Part shown: positions 45,870 through 55,373 of the stretch, in pieces
Layout of the letters: each line of letters starts with the position of its first letter
Position numbering within the stretch: position 1 is the stretch's first letter
DNA from: a candidate division WWE3 bacterium
GTDB lineage: Bacteria; Patescibacteriota; 4484-211; GCA-002791395
Direction: 5' to 3'
Length of the DNA: 64,000 nt
Assembly (NCBI GenBank): GCA_013335095.1
Contig: JAAXWF010000001.1
Coordinates: forward strand, 445,984 to 509,983
Notes under the pieces: model-generated
The model's input: only the letters and a program-made list of their open reading frames with translations
What the model was told of the DNA's origin: nothing
Database searches by the model: none
Translations under genes and position numbers: made by a program

Positions 45870-47093
45870 ATGGAAGGCGATCTTTCTCGATTGTCTAAGG
45901 TGTCGACTCCCAATGAGTGGGTGCTGCATGGGAAAGAGGTCTGGTTACCTCTGTGGATGTGGAATCGCTTAGGAAGCGTTGCTCCTGATCCCATGTCAGC
46001 ATGGACATTGTTCATGCACTTTCGTTCCGAATTCCCGGGATATGCCAAGATTCCAGCATCGCGAGAATGTGTCACTCGATGGTTTTATGGTACTCTCGAG
46101 GGGCTGTGTCGTTCGTGGAACGTTGCCCAACGAGTGTACGGAACCCGCCCAGCAAGCTATCGAGTCCTTCGTGAATTTGATCCACAGTGTTCGATTGTTG
46201 GTAATCAACTCGCCCGTATGAGGGTGCGACAGTTGATCACCCAAGAGATAAAGAGGCGCGGATCATGCTCGACGGATGAATTGTTTGCGTGGATGGAGCA
46301 TGCACACCCCGAATTCCTTATTCAGGTCTGCGGGGTTAAGGATCAATTACGCCGCTTGCGGTTGCTTTTGCACAACCTAGTGAGGTCAGCGGCACTCGCA
46401 TGCGATGACGGTGAAGATGGATCGTGCTGGAGTGTCGTCGATAGTCAGAAGGCACTATTATGGTTCTACCGATGGCATGATGCCTTTTCCCGTGGCAATG
46501 GGAATGGGGTTTGTCATCCGGTCGTACAGCCATCTTTGGCTACGGTAATCCTCGAAATCCTATCCGAGCATCCCGAAGGTCTGGTGGCACATCAGATTGT
46601 CGAGTTGTTACGGGTTCTAGCATTACCGACCGGCGTTGTTATCCAAGCGACTCCTAATGCGTCGCTCATCAGTACTCAACTGGGAGCATTGAGGTCAGAC
46701 CATCTTGTTGGGGTTTATCCTCCCGATAAAAATGGTCACTCGGTCCAAACCGATCGAATCTCTCGGTGGTTTCATCGTGACCATATCCCGTGCTCAGAGT
46801 TAGAGTACGAACGACGGGTTGGAATAGCCGCGGAATGGGTCGTGCAACATCTAAGTGGTGGTCGCTATCCTCGCGGGCAGACTATGCCTCGGGTTCGTGA
46901 TGCATATCAGCGTGTAGCCGCGTCATCTACTTTAGAGTGGATGGTTCCCGCGGGATCGGGATTTACGCTGGATGACTATTTGAAGCAGTTTATCTGGCGA
47001 GCGGTTAATCTCGCGTATGTCCATGGTCGGCTGCAACGGACCAAGCTCGAACCATCCGGTTCCTATTTGTATCATCTTCCCAACGCTCATTGA
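45870..47093 (+). CDS. hypothetical protein (408 aa), high-GC island
   Basis: GGAGG RBS before ATG 45870, ~60% GC, Trp/Arg-rich. Terminator at 47113-47150. Confidence 0.5.
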   Translation: MEGDLSRLSKVSTPNEWVLHGKEVWLPLWMWNRLGSVAPDPMSAWTLFMHFRSEFPGYAKIPASRECVTRWFYGTLEGLCRSWNVAQRVYGTRPASYRVLREFDPQCSIVGNQLARMRVRQLITQEIKRRGSCSTDELFAWMEHAHPEFLIQVCGVKDQLRRLRLLLHNLVRSAALACDDGEDGSCWSVVDSQKALLWFYRWHDAFSRGNGNGVCHPVVQPSLATVILEILSEHPEGLVAHQIVELLRVLALPTGVVIQATPNASLISTQLGALRSDHLVGVYPPDKNGHSVQTDRISRWFHRDHIPCSELEYERRVGIAAEWVVQHLSGGRYPRGQTMPRVRDAYQRVAASSTLEWMVPAGSGFTLDDYLKQFIWRAVNLAYVHGRLQRTKLEPSGSYLYHLPNAH

Positions 47094-47112
47094 GTTTGAA
47101 GGGATTTAATAC

Positions 47113-47150
47113 CGCTCGTTCTCTGGTATCAGAGGGCGAGCATTTTTTTA
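47113..47150 (+). terminator. Rho-independent terminator
   Basis: cgctcgttctctggtatcagagggcgagc followed by attttttt. Confidence 0.6.
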
Positions 47151-47206
47151 TAGGTGTTGGCGTCAGTTCAAGAATAGAGTAGTATGTAGACGATTCTCAA
47201 ACAAAT

Positions 47207-47518
47207 ATGAAAGCGTTTCGGATTGTACTTTTTCTTACTTTATTTATGCTCAGCGTATCATCTGTGTCGGCAGAATCAGTCGCAGACACTGGCAATACTT
47301 CGGCCGATCCTACCCCGATAACCGTTCAAATTAATGGTAACGTTGCGAAAGATCAGTTGTCATTTGCGTCATACCAGAATATTTCACCCACGCCATCTAT
47401 GGAAAAAAACGAAGCACTTGAATCAGGACTAATGCCAATTACCTTATTCTTTAGTGGCGTTTTAACCATGCTCCTTGTTGCCGGGTGGGGGATGATCTCC
47501 GGAATCCGTATTCTCTAG
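47207..47518 (+). CDS. small secreted/membrane protein (signal peptide plus C-terminal TM)
   Basis: Classical signal peptide LFLTLFMLSVSSVSA|ES and C-terminal hydrophobic anchor. Confidence 0.45.
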   Translation: MKAFRIVLFLTLFMLSVSSVSAESVADTGNTSADPTPITVQINGNVAKDQLSFASYQNISPTPSMEKNEALESGLMPITLFFSGVLTMLLVAGWGMISGIRIL

Positions 47519-47600
47519 TTATCGCATTATAGGTCTTTCGTGTTATACTATTCCCGAGGTTTCGATCTAGTCGGGATATCCCGATATGGAGGATTGCATG

Positions 47601-48227
47601 TCCATCAGCTTATTTTGGGAAGACCGGATTCTGGTCACCCGTTATCTTGCGCTCGTTGCGTATGGTTCCAATGTCCACCTGTATGTGGATAACCAAGAGA
47701 CAGGGTTCTGGACGTGGTGTGCTGATATTCAGCTCCACGTCGAATACACTCATGCCGAACTACGCGTCGCATATAGAGAAGAGTTGGAGCGGTTCCTGAC
47801 TGAATGTCAGGAGATCCGACTCACCATGATCGACGTGCTTCAAGTTCCCTTGGAGCGAACGATCGAATGGACTATTGTCCAGATGGACAATCCTGTAGCG
47901 ACGGCCGAGGCTTCGTACTACGTCGGAGGCCGGCCGGGTACTATCCTGGTCAGTCCAAATCAGGTACGTCGCGGGTTGGTCGATCGTGTGTGGACATCTA
48001 TTTGTCAGGTTTGTGTTATTCACACCTTCGACATTTTTACGGCTCAGATCGTAGCTGGAATACTTGGCACGGCGAATTTCTACCCATTGGGGGCACTGTA
48101 CGCCGTCAATACTACCGAGGTTATTCCATCGACCGCCATTGAGGCATTGCGAAAGCAGCTCCCTAGTTCCACTCTGATCTCTGGGGTGGAGCATATGTGT
48201 CGGCTCGCGGCCGAAATCAATGGTTAG
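47601..48227 (+). CDS. hypothetical protein, high-GC island
   Basis: GGAGG RBS 6 nt before ATG 47601, ~58% GC. Confidence 0.45.
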   Translation, partial: SISLFWEDRILVTRYLALVAYGSNVHLYVDNQETGFWTWCADIQLHVEYTHAELRVAYREELERFLTECQEIRLTMIDVLQVPLERTIEWTIVQMDNPVATAEASYYVGGRPGTILVSPNQVRRGLVDRVWTSICQVCVIHTFDIFTAQIVAGILGTANFYPLGALYAVNTTEVIPSTAIEALRKQLPSSTLISGVEHMCRLAAEING

Positions 48228-48385
48228 TGATCGCGGTTAGATGAAAAAAACGCCGGGGCAAAGCAAAATAGAGGTAACTCTTTTAACTTTGTCCCGGTCT
48301 TGTTGATTAAGCGGCTGCTTATTAATAACTTCATGTTATACTACCTATAGTCTAATTCCCTGGAAATATAAAGGAGGTGCGCACT

Positions 48386-48757
48386 ATGGCGCAAAAAAGT
48401 CAAAGGTCAAAGACCTCTGGTCTACTGCCGGATCTACCTCTGATGCGGTATCTAATTCTCACCGAATTTGAACCAGGAGAGGTCGTCTACGGTGACGCCT
48501 TAGCTGAGCGGGTCGAACGAAGTCTGGGGCATAGTAAGCGATTATCACCCGGCACGATTTATCAGGTGCTTGAGAGATTGGCGGATGATCTGCTCATTGA
48601 GCGGGTCGAAGGCTATGTTGACGATACCCGTAATAAGAGACGGGTATACTATCGCCTAAGTCATCTGGCAGAACCGAAGATCGTAAAGGAAATCGAAGCA
48701 TACGAATCTCTTGCGCGGAGAGGTCGGCGGTTTCGCGAACGCTTAAATGGAAGTTAA
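48386..48757 (+). CDS. PadR-family winged-helix transcriptional regulator (high-GC)
   Basis: SPGTIYQVLERLADDLLIE...RRVYYRLSHL matches the PadR wHTH signature (GxLYxxLxRLExxGLI...RKYYxLT). AGGAGG RBS. Confidence 0.7.
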   Translation: MAQKSQRSKTSGLLPDLPLMRYLILTEFEPGEVVYGDALAERVERSLGHSKRLSPGTIYQVLERLADDLLIERVEGYVDDTRNKRRVYYRLSHLAEPKIVKEIEAYESLARRGRRFRERLNGS

Positions 48758-48799
48758 ATTAGAGAGACCCTGTGAAGATTTGTCTTTGCAGGGTTTTTA

Positions 48800-49990
48800 T
48801 TATTCATGCGTTACTTGTAATCCGTAAATAATCACTTCACCAAAGGTTGTTTCATTGCAGTCATTTTGTGCTTCTTTCGTGCAATTAGATTGGGTGTATG
48901 CTCCCGCTTTAAAATACGCACCAGAAAATTGTTTATGAAGCGTATATGCCGACGTGGTACTTCGATTGTAGAAAATATTTGTCGCGTCATCTTTAACAAC
49001 AAACGTAACGGTAAATCGTCTTCCAAGCTCATAATTGGGGTCCAAGATCGGTCCATCAGTTCCATTTATATCTATGAATAATTTATTATCTTCTAGACGA
49101 ATAACGATAATATCGTCTTTCGCGTCGTGAATTTGTCCGGCTACGATGTGTGGTTTACTCTTGGGTAGGGCGGTGATCGCTTCATCAATAATCATTGTGT
49201 GTGTACCACTCGATGATGTCCAACTCGCATTTGTTAATCCATTATCAGTCATCTCTCGTAGTTCTGACCGTGGATAACTTGAGCCGCTTGTTGTACCTCC
49301 ATTGACTGGTGCTCTAAAACGTACTCCATTACCCGAAAATACTGCGAACCATTCTGAATTACTAAAGGTTGCTAGCGTAGGTTGTTTTATTTCGGTTGCC
49401 GTCGGCTGTGTCGGTAGTGTTATCTTCCAGTTCGTAAGATTTAGTACTTGGGCCGGGAATTGTGGTCGTTGTGGCTGGGTTGGTTTTATGGTTATAGTTG
49501 GAGTTGGCATCTGGGTTGGTTCTGGAGTCAAAGTTGCGGCAACCTCGGTAACTAAAGGAAGCGGTGTTTGTAAATATACCGTACCGTACAAATTTACCAG
49601 AATACTAACATCAAAGACGTTTATTATCCCATCCTTGTTTAAATCAGCTAATTGTTGGTTCGGCTGCTTCAAATCATCAATACTCTTATCATACAAAGCA
49701 GCTAATATTCCTAAATCATAAATATTTACCGTTAAATCTTGATTAATGTCGCCCTCATTTACTAATGATCCGGCAACATGACCGCGTTCACGAGGAATAT
49801 GTATTATCATTTTAGGCTGGTTTATCTCTAGAGTAAGTATCGACAACATTGAGAGTGTAATGCCAGCAAGCAACACCATGAAGTGACGCAACTCTTTTTT
49901 AGGTGCTACTTGCTTTGGACTCGGAATTAACGGCAGTGTATGCATATCTATTATTGTAACCGACTTCGCCGAATATCGGTTTTTTTGCAT
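48800..49990 (-). CDS. PL7-family polysaccharide (alginate) lyase with N-terminal TM anchor and dockerin-like module
   Basis: PL7 signature triad RSELREM, QIHD and YFKAGAYTQ. N-proximal DINQDLTVNIYDLGILAALY...DLNKDGIINVFDVSILVNLY dockerin-like repeats. Pro/Thr linker. Confidence 0.7.
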   Translation of the reverse strand: MQKNRYSAKSVTIIDMHTLPLIPSPKQVAPKKELRHFMVLLAGITLSMLSILTLEINQPKMIIHIPRERGHVAGSLVNEGDINQDLTVNIYDLGILAALYDKSIDDLKQPNQQLADLNKDGIINVFDVSILVNLYGTVYLQTPLPLVTEVAATLTPEPTQMPTPTITIKPTQPQRPQFPAQVLNLTNWKITLPTQPTATEIKQPTLATFSNSEWFAVFSGNGVRFRAPVNGGTTSGSSYPRSELREMTDNGLTNASWTSSSGTHTMIIDEAITALPKSKPHIVAGQIHDAKDDIIVIRLEDNKLFIDINGTDGPILDPNYELGRRFTVTFVVKDDATNIFYNRSTTSAYTLHKQFSGAYFKAGAYTQSNCTKEAQNDCNETTFGEVIIYGLQVTHE

Positions 49991-50013
49991 TGTAGCGGTA
50001 TGTAGTGTATATT
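49985..50013 (+). promoter_or_regulatory. sigma70-like promoter TTGCAT-17-TATATT for the high-GC gene 50057-50800
   Basis: -35 at 49985-49990, tgTATATT at 50006-50013. Confidence 0.5.
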
Positions 50014-50056
50014 CATGACTACGTATTCGTGTCTAGGTGGGGTGGAGGGTGTGTCC

Positions 50057-50800
50057 ATGACGACGCATTCGTTCGACGGAATGTCTCTGAGGATGCCAGC
50101 ATTGAGGCCGGTTGATCCAGGGGACTTAATTGCAGGGATGGTGATTTTTCGGGTTGAAAGAGCCATGGCGATAGGAGCTCAAAAACCCGATTTTGATACC
50201 ATTCCTCATCGTCTGGAACCGCGATTTGCGGTGCGCCAAGGAACGGTTCGACTCAAGCCTTTGGGCGATGGTCATCGCTCGGTAGAACATTCCACACTCC
50301 GGCAACTTGTGGATAACGGTGAGGGAGCTTCTCTTCTATACGGAGTTCCCGTACACATGCCCCACATTGCGGACCTGTGTCTGTTGAACGGCCTAGTGGG
50401 TAAGTCCGCGAGCTTGTTTGCCGAAATGGTACAGATGTCATTTCGTAGTGATGACATCTCGCGTCATCAGTTGATGCTGATGCGTGACGCCGCTTTTCGT
50501 GACTTGCCTCAGGTATACGGTGTATTTGAACACTGGCTGTATCGCCCGCAATCTTACGCCATCCTAGATACCGGATCGACGCTAACTTTCATTGCACCAC
50601 AACGAATGCTACTCCAAAGCCGATTCACCCAGTGGCATCTGGTTGAGGTAGAGGTTGGGACATTGTGTCTCCAATCAACCGAAGCCGATGGCGAATGTGA
50701 TTTCGTGGTCGTTTCTGATAACCTCCCGCTAATCATTAGGCGATCTGTAAAAGGCGGGTGGGTACGCTCATCGTTGTCGACGATTCGAAGCCTCATGTAA
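50057..50800 (+). CDS. hypothetical protein, high-GC island
   Basis: GGAGGG RBS, ~60% GC, terminator gctccgg..ccggagc plus T-rich at 50814-50850. Confidence 0.45.
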   Translation: MTTHSFDGMSLRMPALRPVDPGDLIAGMVIFRVERAMAIGAQKPDFDTIPHRLEPRFAVRQGTVRLKPLGDGHRSVEHSTLRQLVDNGEGASLLYGVPVHMPHIADLCLLNGLVGKSASLFAEMVQMSFRSDDISRHQLMLMRDAAFRDLPQVYGVFEHWLYRPQSYAILDTGSTLTFIAPQRMLLQSRFTQWHLVEVEVGTLCLQSTEADGECDFVVVSDNLPLIIRRSVKGGWVRSSLSTIRSLM

Positions 50801-50957
50801 CTGAGGTAAATTCGCTCCGGGGTTTAATGCTCCGGAGCAATATTTTTAGTAACACGGTATTCAATCCTCATCATATAAAGAATAATTTTCCCGTCTACTT
50901 TGAATAAAAAAATTACTACTTGTCGTGTGTATAAGATCTGTTAGGATGGTCGGCAGT

Positions 50958-51875
50958 ATGTCTCTCTATCGGTTACAGACACAAGATAATGAGATTGTTG
51001 AGCTCACCGAAACTCAACTGAGAAAAGTGATGTATCAAACATTTCTGAGGTCAGGTCTTGTAATTGACTCAGATCGAATTGATGAAGTCATAACCGATAT
51101 CGTTTCTCGTCTTTCCAATCAAAATATCATTACCACATCACTCATTGACCAGATGGTGAATGAACGCGTACACACTCAAGAAAACGGTTTTTTTCTGTCA
51201 ATCGTTGAGGGGGAGCCGAGCGAACTCGTACAACCCTTAGTGGTCATTACTAACAGCGAGGGGAATACAGATGCGTTAAATGAGCTGGAGATTGATGCCG
51301 TTCTGCAAGACGTTATTGCACTGCTTAATCCCGAGAAAGAAATTGAATTTACTACGTACCGTCAATTAGTCGCCGAAAAAATTGAACGCGAAATGACGCG
51401 GCGTCAGATTGATGAGCTATTGATTAATGCTGCTATTTCACTGATCGATCAGGAACCCCTCTATGCTGATGTGGCAAAAAGTCTAATGCTGATTGTTATT
51501 TACCGTGAAGTTTTAGGTGAGAATGTTAGATCTCATCGATTTATTCATCGTTATCGTGATCATTTTGTAAATGCGATAAGTACAGCGATTCAGCTTGAAC
51601 TAGTATCGTCTCAGATGGCTGAATTTGATTTTTTTCGATTGGCCAAAGCGCTAAATCCAGAAAGAGACTGGCAATATTCATTTAACGAAATTAATATTTT
51701 TTATCGACAATTGTTACTCTGCGATTCAAATGGTTTGTTTATTGAGACACCTCAGTACTTGTGGATGCGAAAAGCTATGAATGAGTCTATCGAAAAAAAC
51801 GACATCAATTCATTTGCTATTGAACAATATCATCGATTATCTACAACTGAAATTGCCTCAATGAGTAGAAAATAG
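50958..51875 (+). pseudogene. nrdA: truncated class I ribonucleotide reductase alpha subunit (N-terminal ~300 aa only)
   Basis: ATP-cone plus N-terminal helical region align to NrdA (…PLYADVAKSLMLIVIYREVLG ~ PDYQYLAARLAIFHLRKKAYG; RDWQYSFNEI...LFIETPQYLWMRKAM ~ RDMTFSY...GEIYESAQFLYILVAA; FAIEQYHRLSTTEIA ~ YVKRFYDAVSTFKIS). The ORF stops where the PTP motif should follow. No continuation in any frame. Confidence 0.6.
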
Positions 51876-52481
51876 ATGCAAAGTCATTATTTGTCGGTTG
51901 TAGTTATTTCCTTTAATGCCAAATTAATTTGATGTGTTTGAACAACCTGTATTGCATCATTTGGTGGGTGAGTAGTTAATGTGCACAATAATATTTTTTC
52001 TTTTTGGGTCTCAAGACTTTATAACAAATAGGTTAATTGTATAAGCGTAAATTCCTTATGTGAAAGCAAATACGGAAATAAACATTTACCGGTTCACCAT
52101 CTTTCATAAGTCGATTGTATAAATAATGTGCTCACGAGAATAGTTAACATATTCAATAAAAGTACTTTAAGCTTATGTATATGTGAATATCAAAATCAAA
52201 AAGACACAAAAAGTTGGTAAAAAACGATACTTTTAGGTTGATATATCAGCGTTTGGCTAATCTAATTCTGAATAAATTACCATTCATGCTATAGTTAATA
52301 ATTATCATCCGTACGAGACTGGGAGAGTCGAACGGTGATGCGAGTTGATCGCTTATGTGGTTTATTACAATGGATTGTTCTTGGCAATTTCTCCCACTGC
52401 CACAATTGCCAAGAACGTATCTATCTTTTCCTTTTTTGCAGAAGTTTAAAACGCTTTTTAGTATGATTTCTATACGACAAA

Positions 52482-53294
52482 ATGTTACCGTACACAGATT
52501 TTAAAAATACAATTTATGAGTATTACGCTGAGCACAAACGAGTTTTTCCATGGCGAGATACTAACAATCCGTACCTGGTGATGGTCTCGGAATACATGTT
52601 GCAGCAAACGCAAACGCACCGGGTTGTCCCTAAATTTAATGCATTTATACATGAATTTCCAACTATCGAATCGTTAGCGCAAGCGTCTTTTGAAATGGTT
52701 CTGCGTAATTGGCAAGGACTCGGATATAATCGCAGAGCAAAATATCTGCATCAAGCCGCTCTAGGTATTTATCTTAATTACAAAGGCACTGTGCCTGCGA
52801 ATGAAGACGAGCTGATGCTATTACCAGGAATTGGAAAATATACTGCGGCAGCAATCTGTGCATTCGCTTTTAATAAGCCAACTATCTTCATCGAAACCAA
52901 TATTAGAACCGTATTTATTCATTTTTATTTTAATGATAAAGATACTATCCATGATCGTGACATCTATGAATTAGTTGTCCAGACACTCGACCGGGAATCT
53001 CCGAGGCAATGGTACTATGCATTGATGGACTATGGCTCATATTTAAAGGGTTCAGTCGGTAACTTGAATAATAAAAGTGCGCATTATGTGAAGCAGTCAA
53101 AGTTTCAAGGTTCCTTCAGACAGATTCGTTCGGCGGTTATAAAACAGTTACTTGTATTTAACACTCAGGTTCCGACACTTCAATTAATTGAGTCCTTGCC
53201 ATACGAACCCGTTCTGATTGAAAAAGCAATTCAACAATTAATCGATGAGCAATTCATTAACAATTTAAATGACACAATATCTATAAAGGAGTAA
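52482..53294 (+). CDS. HhH-GPD DNA glycosylase, MutY-like (A/G-specific adenine glycosylase family)
   Basis: VFPWR motif, HhH-GPD (LPGIGKYTAAAICAFAFN), catalytic Asp context. No C-terminal 4Cys Fe-S motif seen. Confidence 0.75.
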   Translation: MLPYTDFKNTIYEYYAEHKRVFPWRDTNNPYLVMVSEYMLQQTQTHRVVPKFNAFIHEFPTIESLAQASFEMVLRNWQGLGYNRRAKYLHQAALGIYLNYKGTVPANEDELMLLPGIGKYTAAAICAFAFNKPTIFIETNIRTVFIHFYFNDKDTIHDRDIYELVVQTLDRESPRQWYYALMDYGSYLKGSVGNLNNKSAHYVKQSKFQGSFRQIRSAVIKQLLVFNTQVPTLQLIESLPYEPVLIEKAIQQLIDEQFINNLNDTISIKE

Positions 53295-53357
53295 CTTTCT
53301 AATTGGCGCTATTACAATAATTTATTATTATGAAGTACATAGAAACGATATAAACCG

Positions 53358-55373
53358 ATGCGCCATAAAATCATCCATTCATATAAGAATCACGTACCGG
53401 TCGATACTGTCTTTTCTCGTTGGAATTTAATTACTGGGGCGATTGTTTTGCTCATTACATTGACCTTCATTACAATCGGATGGTACTTCCCGGTTGATCG
53501 GAGTCGGTTAAGCCTAGTGTTTCCAAAATCAAACTCACAAGCCGCGACTATGACTAACGGTAGTGGTAAATGGACGGTATATGAAATTACATTGGAAACC
53601 GGAACTAATTATTCAAATCCATATTCTGATGTATCATTAAAAGCTGTTTTTACTGGTCCTAATCAACAGTCAATTACTACCTACGCCTTTTGGTATGGAA
53701 CAAACACAAGCGGTAAGAATGTGTATAAAGTACGATTTACACCTACAGTCGAAGGCTCTTGGTCATATAGTATTACAGCCTCTCCAGCAAATACAGAGCT
53801 TACGACAAATGGTACGATCTCTGTAGCCGCGGCTCCGGCGAGTGCCAAAGGTTTTGTTCGACGCGATCCAACATATCCGAGTAATTTTATGTATGACAAT
53901 GGTTCGCATTACTTTTTAGTTGGTCAAACGTATTATGAAATTGTTCGTCATGCTCTGGTTAACGATACGTGGAAACAAGCGATTGACCAGAGTGCTTCAT
54001 ATGGGATGAATAAGGTGCGACTACTTATTTCACATTGGGCGCCAGGTTCAGACCGAGCGTATTCTGGCTTATATCCGTTTGTAATGAATGGAACTACCGT
54101 AGATCGGAGTCGTTTAAATCCGACATATTGGCAGAAACTCGATGACGTCGTTAACTACCTGTATCAAAAAGGTATGGTCGCCGATATCATTTTGTTTACT
54201 GATACATCGTTGGCCTTTGGAACGCAAGCACAAGACGAAGTCTATTTAAAGTATGCAATGAATCGGTATGCCGCATATCCAAATGTGATGTGGTGTTTAA
54301 CCAATGAGTGGGAATATACCGAAAAGCCAACCACATATTGGGATTGGGCGGGTGGTGTGGTTCGGGCTTCTGATCCGTGGTTTACCAATGGACAGGCACT
54401 ACGACCATTATCACTCCATAATAAGACCAGTGGATCGTCTGGGGGGAAGTTCAGCTATTTCTCGTCGAGTTGGCCGGTGCATGCCATAATCCAGTGGGGA
54501 ATTCGCAATGGGGCGTATACCAATGGAGACCAGTGGGGTTATAAATCAATCACGAATAACCTAGGTCATTCGATGCCTGTTGTTAATGACGAGTACGGTT
54601 ATATGTATGAATCGAACACTACGATTACGATGAACCGGGTAATTCATCGCAACGTAATATGGGGGATTCGAATGGCCGGTGGGTATGGAAGCGCAGGGGA
54701 CGCCCGCGATTCTGGTAACGGATCAAATTTTTATATTGCCGATTGGCAGTATGGACCTGAATACGATGATATCAAGGTCATGTCGAACTTCTGGACCACA
54801 TCGGGGCGAGAATATTGGAAGATGACACCGCAGCAGAGCATCATAACAAATGGTACTCGTGCGTACGCGTTAGGGCAGTCGGGGAAAGAATTTGTTGTAT
54901 ACGCTGCTGCTGGTGGTTCTGTTTCGATAACGATACCTGGATCGGGTACTTATTCCGTTACTCAAATTAATCCATCAACCGGAGCTGCTACGACGCTTGC
55001 CGATGTTGGGGCGGGAAGTAGTAAAACGTATTCATTGGGATCGACTGATGCTGTTTTGGACTTTACTGTTAAAAATAATCCAACACCTACGTTTACGCCA
55101 ACGCCGACACCGACTATACGTCCAACTTCTACTCCAACTCCGACGCTTAGACCCATTGCAACAATAACACCCACACCAACTCAAGGAGTTCCTTCTGCCG
55201 ATATCAATAAAGACGGGGTTGTGAATGTCTTTGATTTAGGTCTTCTTTCATCACATTACGGTCAAGCCGTTACCAGTTCGAGCGATGAAGTAACTAAAAA
55301 TTGTGACATTAATAAAGATAACATTATTAACATCTTTGATTTAGGAATTTTAATTGGACAATATCGCCTCTAG
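53358..55373 (+). CDS. secreted glycoside-hydrolase-like protein (DUF5060-like Ig domain plus DUF4038/GH-like TIM barrel) with C-terminal dockerin-like module
   Basis: N-terminal anchor and leader (VFPKSNSQAATM). TIM-barrel-like region with NEW(E)Y. Pro/Thr linker TPTFTPTPTPTIRPTSTPTPT. C-terminus DINKDGVVNVFDLGLLSSHYGQ...CDINKDNIINIFDLGILIGQYRL. Confidence 0.55.
   Translation: MRHKIIHSYKNHVPVDTVFSRWNLITGAIVLLITLTFITIGWYFPVDRSRLSLVFPKSNSQAATMTNGSGKWTVYEITLETGTNYSNPYSDVSLKAVFTGPNQQSITTYAFWYGTNTSGKNVYKVRFTPTVEGSWSYSITASPANTELTTNGTISVAAAPASAKGFVRRDPTYPSNFMYDNGSHYFLVGQTYYEIVRHALVNDTWKQAIDQSASYGMNKVRLLISHWAPGSDRAYSGLYPFVMNGTTVDRSRLNPTYWQKLDDVVNYLYQKGMVADIILFTDTSLAFGTQAQDEVYLKYAMNRYAAYPNVMWCLTNEWEYTEKPTTYWDWAGGVVRASDPWFTNGQALRPLSLHNKTSGSSGGKFSYFSSSWPVHAIIQWGIRNGAYTNGDQWGYKSITNNLGHSMPVVNDEYGYMYESNTTITMNRVIHRNVIWGIRMAGGYGSAGDARDSGNGSNFYIADWQYGPEYDDIKVMSNFWTTSGREYWKMTPQQSIITNGTRAYALGQSGKEFVVYAAAGGSVSITIPGSGTYSVTQINPSTGAATTLADVGAGSSKTYSLGSTDAVLDFTVKNNPTPTFTPTPTPTIRPTSTPTPTLRPIATITPTPTQGVPSADINKDGVVNVFDLGLLSSHYGQAVTSSSDEVTKNCDINKDNIINIFDLGILIGQYRL
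55197..55373 (+). repeat. ~177-nt near-identical direct repeat (dockerin-module coding), copy 1
   Basis: About 90% nucleotide identity with 57222-57398, including an identical 66-nt run gtgacattaataaagataacattattaacatctttgatttaggaattttaattggacaatatcgcct. Confidence 0.8.

Noticed and set aside
483..50850. High-GC islands as assembly chimeras or contamination
   Set aside because: Each island is 0.4-2.8 kb with intact low-GC genes on both sides in conserved order (for example dnaX|island|ybaB-recR). Each has its own promoter, SD and terminator and clean intergenic junctions. A chimeric join would not produce ten small in-frame inserts.
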